From Anthoceros angustus (Eukaryota; Plantae; Anthocerotophyta): a DNA stretch of 58,266 nt. Of the stretch, positions 1-14,300 are shown one piece after another (position 1 is the first letter of the stretch; the number at the start of each line of letters is the position of its first letter). The stretch is taken from positions 1-58,266 of the forward strand of contig MU008224.1 in assembly GCA_010909165.1 (NCBI GenBank), read 5' to 3'. The position numbers and the translations under genes were made by a program. The notes beneath the pieces are model-generated. The model was given only the letters and a program-made list of their open reading frames with translations. It had not been told where the DNA came from and ran no database searches.

Positions 1-2351
1 CAACTCAAGTTGACAACGGATCTTCATTCATCTTTGAAGGGCGTTAGGCATGTTCGAAGTTGACAAAGAGCATGATTAGCGCGGGACGGTTGGATGATCT
101 TTGGTTACCCTCTTGGTTTGGGGATCACTCTTGGAAGATCTCCAAAGGTTCTCTTGTGTTAGCTCGTGGATCAGTGTGGCACTTTGTACTCACTTGTAAA
201 CATCAAAGATCATGTGATTCGTGAGCAACCAAATGTTTCCTTGTGGCATTGCGGTTAGGACATATGTCTCGAAGGGAATGAAGGTTTTATCTCGTTCGGT
301 TATATCCTCTTAACTTCTCGATCTCTCGATGTGTGAGCCTTTATATGGGAAGCAGACAAAATCATCACATCGAACAAGAGGTAAAGTAGTAAACCTCTTG
401 AGTTGGTTCATGATGTATGTGGACCTATGCCTCTGCATCATTAGGCGGTGCCTCTATTTTGTCACTTTCATAGATGATTTCTCACAAGGTGTGGGTTTAT
501 CCTTTGAGGAAAAAGGATGAAGTTACGGTGTTTGAAATTTGTCACCCTTGTAGAGAATCGGTCAGCCGATTGAAGTGTCTAAGGGATAATGGTGGAAGTA
601 TGTTTCAGCTTTCGGTCATTACGTGATTCCAAGGAATCAAAAGATTTGTATACTCCTCCACAAAATGGTGTGGTGCGGATGAGCAGAACCATTCGAGAGA
701 GGATGTAGTTTGTTGTCAAACTCGGATTGCCTAATGGGTTTTGGGCGAGCGGTGTCTCTGCGTTCATCTTATTAACGATCTCCTAATAAAATTGATGAGC
801 GGGTTCGAGCTATGGCAGAACCATCCTACAAGCATCTGCGAGTGTTTGGGTATGAGGCATCGCCATGTTCCAAAAGAGTTTCGGGACAAGTTGGCACCTA
901 AGTCCAAGAAATGTATTTTTCTTGGCTATGGTGATTCGGTGAGATGGGATACCGTTTGTGGGATCCAGGCTAGAAAGGTTGTTCGTACTAACGACGTGTT
1001 CTTCAATGAGAACAAGATGCACGGAAGCCTACTCCAAGCGTGGAGGTGCGAAGGGTGATCTTCCAAGAAGATGGACATGATCATCATGGCGGTTGATGCA
1101 TAGTAATGTGCGGGGCACATTCCTCCACCGATAGATGAACCAAGAGTCGAACAAGCACCTATAGAGGTGCACACTGGGTCGAGGATTACGACCTCACGGC
1201 GGTATGATCCATCTCTGGATTATGTCATCTTGACAGTTGTGGGGAACCCTCTTCTTACAAAGAGGCTCATCAACAAAGAGAAGTGGGAGAAGGCCATGCG
1301 ATCGAGAAATGAATTGCATAAGAACCAAACTTGGGAGTTGGTTCGGTTGCCTAGGATAAGAAGGCACTCTGCAAATGGGTGTACAAGATGAAGGTCATAC
1401 CTTGATGGCAAACCAAAGTACAAGGCACGATTGGTTGCTAAGGGTTTCAAGCAACAACGGCATTGACTTTGATGAGATTTTCTCACCATAGTCAAAATGA
1501 CAACTTTGCGATGTGTTCTTGCTTTGGTTGCGGATGATATGGAACTTGTATGCGGATGGATGTCAAGAGCATTCTTGCATGGTGACCTTCAAGAGGGCGT
1601 CTACATGCGGCAACGGAAGGTTTTGTTGAGAAGGGCAAGAGCATCGGTGTGCGAGGTTGAGGAAGAGCCTTTATGGTTTGAAACGGGCACCAGTGGTATC
1701 ACAAGTTCCACTCATTTATGCTTTCTCAAGGCTACAAGCGTGGCGATGAGGATCATTGCCTCTATCTGAAGCAAGCTAAGGATCAAAGCTTGCTCATTTT
1801 GATCCTCTATGTGGATGATATGCTAATTCTTTGGAGCAGTCTTGATGAGATTTGTTGAAGTCAAAGTTGAATGCTCACTTTGAAATGACGGACTTGGGAG
1901 GCGAGCCATATACTTGGCATGCGTATTCGTCGGAGCAGACATAAGCGTGCTTTATTTGTCTCGAATACATTAACGGGTGCTTCAACGTTTCAACATGGAG
2001 AAGGGAAGCCATTGGGTACTCCATTGCCTCCATATGTGAAACTTTCAAGCGCGGATTGCCCAAGCTACGAGGAGGACAAAGCTGAAATGGAGAAGGTCCC
2101 ATACTCATCGGTAGGGAGTTTGATGTATGCAATGATTGCTACGTCGACATTGCCTTTGCGGTGGGAGTGGTTAGTTTATGTCAAACCACGGCAAGAAGCA
2201 TTGGGAGGCGATAAAAGGAGTTATGAGGTATCTGAATGGTACAAAAGCTTTGTGCATATGTTTTGGTAGTGAAGATGCATGTGTGGTTGGGTACGGATCG
2301 ATTATGCGATATGGACAAAAGGAGGTCCACATCAGTTATGTCTTCCGCGTG
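1..2351 (+). mobile_element. Ty1/copia LTR retrotransposon, 5' part of pol (GAG-pre-integrase, integrase, RT, start of RNase H), frameshifted
   Basis: Motifs in copia order: LWH..LGH (~241-262), YFVTFIDDFS, KKCIFLGYG, KYKARLVAKGF, AFLHGDL, LYVDDML (~1806-1826), VPYSS.VGSLMYAM, KKHWEAIKGVMRYLNGT. Interrupted at 2352 by the gypsy block. Confidence 0.95.
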
Positions 2352-5300
2352 TGTGGCGCGACTTTCGATAGCCAGCGGCGCGCACAATCCGTGTCGTTGT
2401 AGGAAGAAGTCGTTCCCAAAGGGAATGATAGGCCGTTTACGTTTGGTGATTCCTTAGCGTTCGTCTCAACACACATACTCTAACTACTCTGGCGTTCACC
2501 GTCTAGCCGGTATGGCCAAGCGTTTAAGGACCCGTTCGCGTCCGTATCGTTCACATCCTCCGCATCGATCCTTTCCTCTCTCCCTCACGCTACACTCTTG
2601 TCTTAGAAAAAAGCGCGGGTTCTGTGATCCGGACCTCCTCGTCGTTCGGGCCTCTCGTCCGGGCTCTACGCCCTCCGAGTTCCTCGGCTCACCGTTCGAT
2701 CCGTTCGGTGTCGGACGCGGCTCGGGACGGGTCACGATCACCCTTCCACCACACACCACAGCGTTAAGTCGTCACGGGACCTTGATCAATCTCCCGGGGT
2801 GCCGTGCACCTTTCGGTGACTCGGGACTCACGTTAGCAAGAAGACTGTGCGAGCGGCATCAACACCAAGAAAGATGCTTTACTAGGCTCGGCCCTCTTAT
2901 CTGCGCCCAAGGTGGCGTCTTTATTACACCCCTATTACGGTGATAGCCCATTTCGGTATACCTAATCGGCCTACCATCCTATTTCCCCCTATCTCCTTCG
3001 CCATGTGTGGGAAGGTCACAGGCCCGCCTCGGGAATGGGTGGTCAATCCCCGTCACAGCGGTTGTGGTGCACCCAATCGGATGATCCGGTGGCGGGGCCC
3101 TCTCTCTCCGGAATCACAGCCGGGTTGGGCTCTGGCGGATCGACAAGCCGTTACCACGTCATCCTCCACAGCCTCCACAGGTCCTTGGCCGGTGGGGCCA
3201 CCCGCTCTGCTCCCCTAAGCGTAAGTCGAAGGGGCTCCTCCTTCTTGCCTTGTCCGGTCCTCGAGGTCACTCGACTCACGAACTTGAGTCAGCTTCAGTC
3301 CGGCTGGGTCACCTTGTCTGCAGGGTCCGGACCTCGAGTCGGACTTATTCAGGTCCGGACTTGAGGTCCGGCCTCCCCTAGTCAGGACAAAGTCGGACTC
3401 CTCCACCAGGTTTCCTCCCTCACAGGACTCCTCAGTGGCTCTCCTCGAAGTCCTTCGCTGTTCCCGATCGCCGGTGACTCCTTTGGCCCCTCCTTCCATG
3501 GTGAGGTGCGGGGTGCCCTCGATCGCATCCGCTCGTTCTCCTCCATTGCTCCTCTCCGCGCTCCGTCATCTCCAAGCAGGGGCCACTAGGGTCCCTGTCT
3601 TGTCCCGTGGCCTTCATCTCCAGGCCTTCCGGTCCGTCCGTTTCTGAGGTCGAGGCTTCTCGCCTTGGGAGCTCGGCGTGGTAATAGGCAAAGTCACAGA
3701 TCGACTTGTTGAATTGCCTCTTCCACGTGTGCGGGAACCCGATACTCCCTCATAAGTGTTCAGGCGTCTTTGCCCGGCTTGTTGGGCCACCTCTCCTGCC
3801 CGGTTGTGTGGGCCGGTATCGCGAGGCTACAAGGCGGCCTCGGTCACCTCCTGCAGTGCCATTGTTGCTCCACTCTCGGCTCCGTCGTTTCCTCTCCATT
3901 GCCGCTTACCGCCATGGCGCGGCGTTCCCTTCCGCCTTTCTCGGTGGACCGGCTTCTTTTTCGCTTCCGGTGCTCGCGCTCCTCCGTTCATTACGGCCTT
4001 TAGCTCCGCTCCTCTCCAGGCGGTCGGATACCTCCGTCCGCTCGGGACTTCCTCCGGCTCATACATGGCAGCAGCGTCCAACTCCTTGGATAGTCGCGAT
4101 TTTCCTCCGTCTTGAGGCGAGGCTGCTCTGTTTGTGCTCGAGTCGTGGATTCTCTCGTTGAGAATCACTGCTCAAGCGCATCTTGGGTTGTAGCTCCAGT
4201 GTGTCCTTTGTCCTCCATCTGCTGCCGCCTCTCCTCTACTTCCTGTGCTCGGAGATCTCTATCTCCCAGTCTTGGCCTCCATCTCCTCCTTTGGCGCCGC
4301 TCCATGCCTTTGTCACGGGTTAGCCTCGGCTGTGACTCTCTCCACGGTTCGATCACGTCGTAGTGATCCGGTCGCTCTTGCGGCTTGACTCCCGCCCGCC
4401 AGGCCGCCCACTTGGCTGCTCTGGGCCGCCTCCGCCCGGTCCCAGCTCTCTCTTGTGCCGGGCCTCTTCCGCCTCTGCTGCGCTTCCCTCACCGGTCCTC
4501 CGCCCGCTTGGCCTCCAGCTTGCTTGTTCGCCGGTGAAGAACCTTAACCAGTCTGTGAACCGCCGGGCCTCGCGCTCACCCGGCGTTTCCCTTCCTCGAT
4601 CCGGCGAGGACTCCGCCTTTCCTTTGCCCCTGGCGCCTTCACTTGCTCTTGGGTTCCACCATCCTCCTCGGGTGGCCTCCACTTCGGTCTTCTCCATGCC
4701 GAGACCCCAAAGCATTCCGTCCATGGCGGTAGCAGGACTTCGCCGTGTTTCTTCGGCCGCCCAGTGAGGCCCCACAAAGTCCGTAGTGGGGCCGGCATTT
4801 CGATCCGCCAAGGACCTCCTCCATGATCAGGAGTAAGTCGGTGGGTTCTCGGACCTAATCGGGACCCTCGGGTCACAGTGGTGGTCAGGACTCACCCTCT
4901 TTGGCCCTCTTGGCCTCTAACTCCTTTGTGCCCTCTTTCTCACAGGGCTCGGAGGAGGTGAGGGGGTCGGGAGCAAGCTCTTTTGCCCCTTCACATCGGG
5001 GCAGGCTCGGGGTGGTGCTGCCCGGTGACCTCCTGCTCCTTGGGCCACGTCCTTCTGCCCTCCTTACGCCTCTTGACCTCTTGCCACTCAGGTGGCGGGG
5101 GTAAGTCTGCGGCTCGAGGTCTTTGCGTTGGTAAGCGGCACCGTCTTCCGCCTCTTGGCTCCCGTTGAGTTCGTCGGGGCTCGGCGGCCGTCGTGGTTGT
5201 TGGGCTGTCTGCGGTCGGGCCGCCCTCGGCTCCCTCCTGTCTTGGGCTCGGAGGGCACCAAAAGGAGGAAGGGAATCGCCTCCTCCCAAAGGTGGTGAGG

Positions 5301-6958
5301 GGTTCGCTCAGGTATGGAGTCAGGAATCCCCGTCGTCCTCCTCCGAGTCGCTTGGTCTTGAAGGGCGACCCCCACCTCAGGCGCCCTTGCACGCTCTACT
5401 TACGGGGCCTCCGGGAGCGCCCGTTCAAGCTCTCCCTCCTTGAGGCTCGAAATGTCCCCATACATGTCGTCGGCCCCGATGGCGAGGCTTCGCTCCTTAG
5501 CTTGCGTGCCTCTGGTGCAGGCGAAGATAATCCTTCCCAGTCGCTCTCTTCCCATTGGGCGCATGCGAGAATACCAGGTTATCACCAAGGTGATCCACCT
5601 TGGTGGCGAGTTCAATGGACAATGATCCGGGCTACCGCCCTTACTCGGATCGGCGGATCGGATATCAACCATCCGTTGGTTGTCGCTGCGTTCGAGCCTC
5701 TCCATGCGCTGTGGCGGCCTATCTTCCCCGCCTTAGGGGCTCGCGCCCCTTCTTCCTCCTTGAGCTCGAAATGTCCCCATACATGAATCGGTATGGGGTC
5801 GCCCCGATGGCGAGGCTTCGCTCCTTAGCTTGCGTGCCTCTGGCAGGCGAAGATAATCCTTCCCAGTCCGCTCTCTCTTCCCATGGGCGCATGCGAGAAT
5901 ACCAGCAGTTATCACCAAGGTGATCCACCTTGGTGGCGAGTTCAATGGACAATGATCCGGGCTACCGCCCTTACTCGGATCGGCGGATCGGATATCAACC
6001 ATCCGTTGGTTGTCCCGTTCGAGCCTCGGCCCCGTGGCGCCCTATCTTCCCCTTCGCCTTAAGGGGCTCGCTGCGCCCCTTCCTCCTTGGGCGGTTGTAG
6101 GCCATCCTCGGGACCTCAAGGTCCATCGCCTCGAGTCCTCCGGAGGTTCTTGGATCGGACCTCCTTGTTGATCGCCTTGACATCTTAACTCCGGACTAGA
6201 GTAGCGTTGTCAAAGGTCGAGACCATTTGGAACACGTCCAGGATGCCACTTCCCACCTTCCTCCGGCCGGAAGTCCGGATAGCGGGTCACAATGTTGCGC
6301 TCCACGGTCCATGGCTCCCAGACTTCGTCGGCTTTTGGGTGCCATTGCTCCTCCTCTTGTTCTGGCTGCGGAGTCCGGCGCGATGTTCCTCCTCCGCGTT
6401 GTTGCTCCAACCTTGGCGGTGAGCCGCGCTCTAGGCCCAAAAGAGCGCCGAGCGGATTGCGGGCGCAAGGCTATGAGGATTGCGGAGGCTGCGTGAAGCC
6501 TCCCTCCTTCCGCGCTTGTGGAAAGCTGGGCGGCGCGCCTCGCCGTTGTCGTAGCGCGAGTGCATGGCTTACTCGACCCTCGCGCTTACTGCGGCCTTAC
6601 GCGCGCCGCGGGCGTGAATACTGCCTCTGACCTCGGCAGGTTACGGTCACGACCTCGCATGCCCGACCTCCACTCGGGGCCGTCCACGTGGCGCCGCCTC
6701 TCCTCACGCCTCGCTCCTAGGTTACTTTCTGGCGTACTTATCCTATTTTGACACAGGGTGGGTTCGGACTTATCCGTTACTCCGGCGTAGTCGGAGCTTG
6801 CCATAGTGGTGCAGGGGTCCGTTGTTCACTCCAGTCGGAGTATACTCGAGCCTCGTCCGGCGCTACCCCAATTTATTCCTCCTTTTGCCTTATTTATCCT
6901 TCAATCCTAAAAAGCGAAACCCTACTTATTTCTTAACTCCCGAAGTGCATAGCCCACA
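2352..6958 (-). repeat. Giant LTR 1 (3' LTR, ~4.6 kb, includes a ~320-bp internal duplication)
   Basis: TG...CA ends. Adjoins the PPT at 6959. Colinear with 17665-21965 and 27525-37318. Confidence 0.9.
3215..6804 (-). CDS. LTR-embedded long ORF (~1,000-1,150 aa consensus, charged/low-complexity, unknown function), frameshifted copy 1
   Basis: Minus-strand ORF pieces chain from MASSDYAGVTDKSEPT (6804) or MHSRYDN (6565) through WEPWTVERNIVTRYPD, DHCPLNSPPRWITLVITWYSRM and TAMDGMLWGL..EATRGGWWNPR to QEGGAPSTYA* (3215). The same peptides recur in the other two LTRs. Strand purine skew matches gag-pol. Confidence 0.6.
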
Positions 6959-8385
6959 TACTCCCTTCTCATCATTGGCGTCTCGCCAACACTAAGCATG
7001 ATACTTCTTCACCGCCACCCGTTCACAGTGGGCAGCTCTCCATCTAGGCATGGCCGGACCCGTTGTCATATACTTGCACCACTTAGTACGGACCCATCCA
7101 TCTCGGTGAAGTTTGCGGAAAATGCATGCGACTATCATAAAGGAGGGCGGTCCCTTCCTTTACATACTCCGATTCGGCGTGATCGTGCCAAATCTTATTG
7201 GTTTTGCACCTGTTGCATCTTCGGTGAGCTTCTTCCTCCTTGGGCGGTTGTAGGCCATCCTCGGGACCTCAAGGTCCATCGCCTCGGTCCGGAGGTTCTT
7301 GGATCGGACCTCCTTGTTGATCGCCGCCGGCATCTTCGGGCAAACTCCGGACTAGAGTAGCGTTGTCAGTCGAGACCATTTGGAACACGTCCGGATGCCA
7401 CTCCCCCAATTCCCACCTTCCTCCGGCCGGGGCCGGTCCGGATAGTCACAATGTTCGCTCCACGGTCCATGGCTCCCAGACTTCGGCTTTTGGGTGCCAT
7501 TGCTTCTCCTCCTCTTGTTCTTTGTACTGGCGAGTCCGGTACGATGTTCCTCCGCGCGTTATTGCTCCAACCAGCGGTGCGCGCTCTAAGGTGGCGCCCA
7601 AAAGATAGCGCGGGCGGATTGCGCAAGGCGCATTATGCGGAGGCTGCCGCGTGACCTCCCTCCTTGCGCTTGTGGAAGTATGGCTGGCGGGCGCCTCTTC
7701 GTTGTCCGTAGCGCGAGTGGTGCATGGCGACCCTACGCTTGGCCTTACCGCGCGCGCCCGGGCGTGAATACCTTATAACGGCCTCGGCAAGGTTACGGTC
7801 ACTCTGCATGCCCGACCTCCACTCGGGGCCGTCACGTGGCGCCGCCTGCTCCTCACGCCTCGCTCCTAGGTTACTTTCCAGGCGTACTTATCCTGTTTTG
7901 ACTGGGTGGGTTCGGACTTATCCGTTACTCGGCGTGGTCGGAGCTTGCCATAGTGTGCAGGTCCGTTGTTCACTCCAGTCGGAGTATACTCCGAGCCTCG
8001 TCCGGCGCTACCCCAATTTATTCCTCCTTTTCCGCCTTATTTATCCTTCAATCCTAAAAAGCGAAACCCTACTTATTTCTTAACTCCCGAGTGCATAGCC
8101 CACATACTCCCTTCTCATCTGTTGGCGTCTCGCCAACACTAAACATACTTCTTCACCGCCACCCGTTCACCCAGTGGGCAGCGACTCTCCATCTAGGCAT
8201 GGCCGGACCCGTTGTCATATACTTGCACCACTTGATGCGGACCCATCCATCTCGGTGAAGTTTGCACGGAAAAAATGCATGCGACTATCATAAAGGAGGC
8301 GGTCCCTTCCTTTACATACTCGATTCGCGATCGGCGATCGTGCCAAATCTTTTGGTTTTACCAAGCTGCATCTTGGTGAGCTTCT
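6080..8385. repeat. ~1.15-kb tandem duplication of LTR end + PPT + integrase 3' end
   Basis: 7231-8385 repeats 6080-7230. Junction at shared CTTCTTCC. Confidence 0.85.
6959..6975 (-). promoter_or_regulatory. Polypurine tract (copies at ~8105-8119 and 21966-21980)
   Basis: The minus strand reads GATGAGAAGGGAGTA immediately before the LTR start TGTGGGCT. Confidence 0.85.
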
Positions 8386-11300
8386 TCCCATCCTCGTGTC
8401 TTTGAACAAACCCCAAGAGTCGCTCGGTGGCTTTCCTCCTCTGTCGATCTCCTTCCATCATTACTCGAAAAGTGGGCACTTCAAACTCAGCATTACGGGA
8501 GAGTGTCGTAGGTCAAGTAAGGGTCCGTTGTGTGGTCACCTTCTGCTGTCCGGGCATAGTGCGGATGGCGACTTAGTATCCATCATGGGCGTAGTTCCTG
8601 AGTTTATTCGATCCTGAGATGAGCCCATTTGTCTTCTCTCGACCCATTGGCCTTAGGATTGTAGGGTGCCGTCTTGCGATGATTGATGCGAAATACTCCG
8701 TCATGGCGGCCACCACATCATTAAGGAAATGGGTTCCCCTATCACTTACCAAGCTGCGGACATCCGTGCGGGTTATGATGTTCTCGTCGAATTTGGCCAC
8801 TATTTGCGAGTCCGTTCTTATCGCCCGCCTCTACCCACAGTGCGATGTCCGTTGCCACGGGATGTATCTCCTTTGTGTGTGTCTTGTCGTGGTATAGGTC
8901 CAACAAAGTCAATACCCCACTTTTGAAGGTGCCGGTGCCAATATCGGTACTAGCGGCCCTGTCGTCGGGGTTGGCTTTCGATCCGGTGACAAGCATCACA
9001 CTTCTTCCTAAGCGGTGGGTGTCCCCATACATTGTTGGCCACCGTATCCGCTTCAAAATCTTTTGGTGGTGACTGTCTTGCGTAGTGTCCTCCCCAATCC
9101 TTCGTGCATTCCCTTGGCGCTCCACATCTCTGGGTTGCAAGTACCTTCGTTCTACTCCGTCAGGCCCTAATTTGAACACACACCGTTGTACATTACGAAG
9201 GGTCGAGCATAGTGCACGAATGCCTCCCTCCCCGAGTCGATTTTGAGCTCCATTCCCAGTACCGCTCTATTTCTTCGTGGGTCGGACGGCGGCGGACCCT
9301 CCCTTCCACGCTAAGGGTTCTCGTAGCTTGGGGTTCGGTGGGCTCCTCGGTTGTACTTTCTGCGGCAACCAATGTCTCATCCAGGGCATCTTCACGATCT
9401 CTCAACACCTTTCTGTTTTCAATCGTGACGAAATCGCATTTTGGTCTTGCCTCCCTTGTCTTGTTTCCACTTGACGTGAACTCTGCGGCAACAATATCCA
9501 CCTTGCTATCCGTCGGACGGTCCGCCTTATTCACCGGATGCTTGATAAAGTGGTCTACATAGAACACAAACTCCTTTGGGTAGGTAGTGTCGAATTTCTT
9601 GACATATACCATACCCGTGCTTGGCGCTGTAGTTGTGTATTTTCGTTCGCGTGGGTGGTCGTCCGGTAGTATATCGGGATAATCCCGCTTGTCGTCCTTC
9701 GGCTCGACTACTCCGATAGCGGACACGTCTACATACACATGAAATTTCTGCTCGGTCCGGTCCTCTTAGAACCGTTACCAAGGTGTTACGTAAATCCGAA
9801 GGCCTCCTCTCGCTCCACGTGACCGGTCCAAACCTCCTCCTTCCTTGAGTTACATCAACTTAGCCCTCTTAAAGTCCTTAATAAACCGGTAGTATCCCAC
9901 CATTCCGAAACCTCTCGGCTCCTTTAGGTTCGTTGGTGGAGGCGGATGACCGGACCTTGTCTGGTCCACCTCGATTCAGCGACACGATGTCGACAAGATT
10001 CCCTCCGTCATTCCAAAGTAGCATTTCTCGGTGTAGGCTCAATTGAGTCTCCGGCGCTCAAGCACCTTCTTAGATGCCCAAGGTGTTTGTCCTGCTCCCC
10101 ATGCACACAAAATCATCCGGGAATATCTCCATGAAGTCCCTCGAAGTCACGGAAGGCGTTGGTCACCATACGCATGAGCGACCACAGGCGCTCCGGTCAT
10201 CCCAAAGGCACTTCTCTTGTAGGCAAGCGTACCCCACTCCGTAGTGAAGGTCGTCTTGTCGGTCAAACTCCCTTAGGTGCAATTGGTTATGTGTCCGGAG
10301 TAGCCATCCGGAAGGAGTAAGTAGTCCGTCCGACCACCTTGTCCAAAATATGTCTCTGAATGGCATCGGAAGTGGTCCTTCTCGTTCTTGCGTTGAGCTT
10401 CCTCAATCTTGGCATACCCAATTTGTCTGGTGTTTCTTGGGAACCACCACAATCGTAGCGACCCACTCGGACGATGGGGAAAATGATGTCTGCCTCCGGT
10501 ACTTATCAAGGACCTCCTTCACCTTGATCGAATACTTGGGGTTGAGCTTGTATTGTCCAGTTGATGGCACACGGCTTTCGATCTTATGCTCTCCCACTTC
10601 TTGAATGCCCTTCATGTCCGTGACCTTGAAGGCGAACACCTCATAAAACTCCCCAGGCTTTAGTCCTTCCTTGGTCCGGAGGCATGCCTTTCTTAAACTT
10701 GAGAATTTGCACGGACCTCCACTTCTTCCACGTCGTCCGGGTTCACCGTCTCCGTTCCGTCCCTCGCTGCGTCAAACCCCTCGTCCTCCTCTCGGGATCG
10801 TCCTCTCGCATCCCCATTCTGAAGAGCTCGTCGGAGGTGAATCGTGTTACTCCTTGATGTCGCTTTTCCTTGGTCCGACTCTTGTTGTCTCCCTTGTCTT
10901 TGGTCACCTCCTCTTCACTTCCTTCCTCCGGCCCGTTGTGGCGTTTACTCAAAACAATCAACCACTTCCGCGCCAAAGGCATCCGCGGTAGTCCATCTCC
11001 TCCTCGGACCGGCGGATCTTGGCGAAAGTCGCCTCCTCGGAACTATCTTGTTCGTCGCTGGAGTCCTCCGAGGTATACCCTTGGTAGTGCTCACGGTTTC
11101 TCCACAATAGGTGTCCTTGCTCCGGTGATAGCAATCCCTCCCTTCACCTTAGGGTCCCATCCACCGGCTTGAAGTGAATCTCCTTCCTTCCAAAGTGTAG
11201 CTTTGTGCAGGCCAACCCATGGCCCGCAACACCTCATACCCTAATGGTCCGGCGGTTTGATCACAACAAAATCCGGTTTGTAGGGTGCGCGGCTATGGTG

Positions 11301-14300
11301 GCCAAGACTCGGTTAACTCCCCGGATCTCTTCTTGACATATACGCCATTCGAGTCTTCGTTGAGGTTGAAGGATGTGAAGCCCAATTTTCGTTGGCTTGA
11401 TGATGAGGTTGACTCGGACCCGTGTCCAGGTACATCCTTGATGATACATCCAATCTCCACTTGTACCACTGGCGGTCCGTATGGGACACCACCCTCACTT
11501 CCATGCTACCCTTCACGGCTTTGGTGCTCCTGGGTTTCCCTAACGCCCGGACCTCTTGTCGGTATTTGGGTTATCCCTCGGCGGTCGAAAGGACACAAGG
11601 TCTGATTCATCATCGGTCCGCCACATTAAAGGCGAGGCTTCTACCCCAATCGAGGATCCTGCTGCGTCCTCATCCTCTCCCGGTCGCCGTGTTACGGTAT
11701 TCTCCGGATGCTTGCGCATTTCCTCCTGCAACATCTCGGTCACCTCCGGACTACGTCCGAAAACGCGTCGTCGCGGGAGGCACCGTTCCTTCTCCCCATC
11801 TGCGGAGAACTTCCTTGGGTAATCCCTCGGCGAGCTGCCGTCCGCCCTCCTTCATCGGTCGGATCCTCTGCTGGTATTTCCGTTTGATTGCCTTCCTCGG
11901 CGTCGTGGCGCTTCCTCCGATCTTGTTCTTCTTCAAGCTGGCGCCTTTCTCGTCGCTCCTTCCTTGACTACAGTAGACACCTCAAGATTTCCATGACTCC
12001 CTTCCTTTCGACACCCCGTACCTTCTTGTTCTTTTCCATCTCGCGTACCTCAATCTCTTCCCACTCCATGTGAGCATCTTGACTTGCCGTCTGTAAGTCT
12101 TAGGAGGTGGCGTTGGTGGTCGAGTTCTCCGCTTGGTGTGGCATATCGTACCGTCCTTGTCGGGGTTGGGACATAGCGTCTTGCACGCCATATGCCCTTG
12201 CGACGCCAGCTCGAAGTCCCCATTACCACCTCGTTGAGTGCGGACAGCGTTGGAGTAATGGCGATTCCGCAGTTCCAACGGACCACGGCCGTCGGAGGAT
12301 ACGAAGGGCTCCCATGCGGTCTTTGCATCGGTGGGGCCCGTTGTATTGTGGACCTCCGGTTGGCGGATACATGGTTTTGGGATATCGCGGCCCGGAGGGC
12401 TTCATGCACGATAGGCCTCTTCCCATTGCTCCTCGGCCTCCTCCTCGTCGTAGTCCACTTGATGCCGGCCTTGAGGCGGTTGGACTTCGAATGGCCGTGT
12501 TCTTGGCACACGGCACACGAGATGCGTTCGCCGTGGTCGGTGTTTTCCGCGCTCGGTCCTTAACACAGTTTATCGCGGTCCTCTACTCTCTTTATCACTT
12601 TTCGGTCCTCGCGGACTGCTACCTCCTTTGAGGGAGTCGGGTCCGGCGGTTTGATCACAACAAAATCCGGTTTGTAGTGCGGCTATGGTGGCCAAGACTC
12701 GGTTAACTCCCCGGATCTCTTCTTGACATATACGCCATTCTCGAGTCTTCGTTGAGGTTGAAGGATGTGAAGCCCAATTTTCGTGGGTGATGAGGTTGAC
12801 TCGGACCCGTGTCCAAGTACATCCTTGATGATACATCCAATCTCCACTTGTACCACTGGCCCCAGGTCCGTATGGGACACCACCCTCACTTCACTGCTAC
12901 CCTTCACGGCTTTGGTGCTCATGAGGCTGGGTTTCCCTAACGGCGCGGACCTCTTGTCATTATTTGGGTTATCCCTCGGTTGTCGAAAGGACACAAGGTC
13001 TTCGATTCATCATCGGTCGCCACATTAAAGGCGAGGCTTCTACCCCAATCGAGGATCCTGCTGCGTCCTCATCCTCTCCCGGTCACTTGTGTTACGGTAT
13101 TCTCCGGATGCTTGCGCATTTCCTCCTGCAACATCTCGGTCACCTCCGGACTCGTCCGGTGGAAAAGCTCGTGTCGCGGGAGGCCGTTCCTTCTCCCTGT
13201 CACATCTTGGAGAACTTCCTTGGGTAATCCCTCGGCGAGCTGCCGTCCAGCCCTCCTTCATCGGTCGGATCCTCTGCTGGTATTTGATTGCCTTCCTCGG
13301 CGTCGCCTTCCTCGATCTTGTTCTTCTTCAATGGCGCCTTTCTCGTCGCTCCTTCCTTGACTACAGTAGACACCTCAAGATTTCCGACTCCCTTCCTTCG
13401 ACACCCCCACCTTCTTGTTCTTTTCCATCTCGCGTACCTCAATCTCTTCCCACTCATGTGAGCATCTTGACTTGCCGTGCAGTAGTCTTAGGAGGTGGCG
13501 TTGGTGGTCGAGTTCTCCGCTTGGTGTGGCATATCGTACCGTCCTTGTGCGGGGTTGGGACATAGCGTCTTGCCCTTATGCCCCACTGCTTGCGATCCAC
13601 CTGACGCTCGAAGTCCCCATTACCACCTCGTTGGAGTGCGGACACGCGTTGGAGTAATGGCGATTCCGTTCCAAGACCACGGTGTGAGGATACGAAGGGC
13701 TCCCATGCGGTCTTTGCATCGGTGGGGCTCGTTGTATTGTGGACCTCCGGTTGGCGGATACATGGTTTTGGGATATCGCGGCCCGGAGGGCTTCACATGC
13801 ACGATAGGCCTCTTCCCATTGCTCCTCGGCCTCCTCCGTATTCGTAGTCCACTTGATGCCAGCCTTGAGGCGGTTGGACTTGAATGGCCGTGTTCTTGGC
13901 ACGGCACACGAGATCGTTCGCACCGTGGTCGGTGTTTTCCGCTCTCGGTCCTTAACACAGTTTATCGCGGTCCTCTACTCTCTTTATCACTTTTCCGGTC
14001 CTCCCGCGGACTGCTACCTCCTTTGAGTCGGGTCGGAGCTTCTCGGACCGGTCTTTGGTGTCACCACCTCCTTCTTACCACCTTCTTTTTAGGGGCTTTC
14101 TTGCTCTTCTTCTTGGGGATACTCTTCCTCGCTAGAGACCTCCGTCTCTTCTTGGACGGCTCCTCCTCAAGACACCTCCGATTGGTCTTCCTCCTCCTCA
14201 AGACTCTTCCTCCTCGATCGAACCCCGTTTCTTCTTCTTCTTCTTGCCTCCTTGAGCGGATTTCTTTATCCTCGATGTAGCGATTCCTCGTAGTTTTTCC

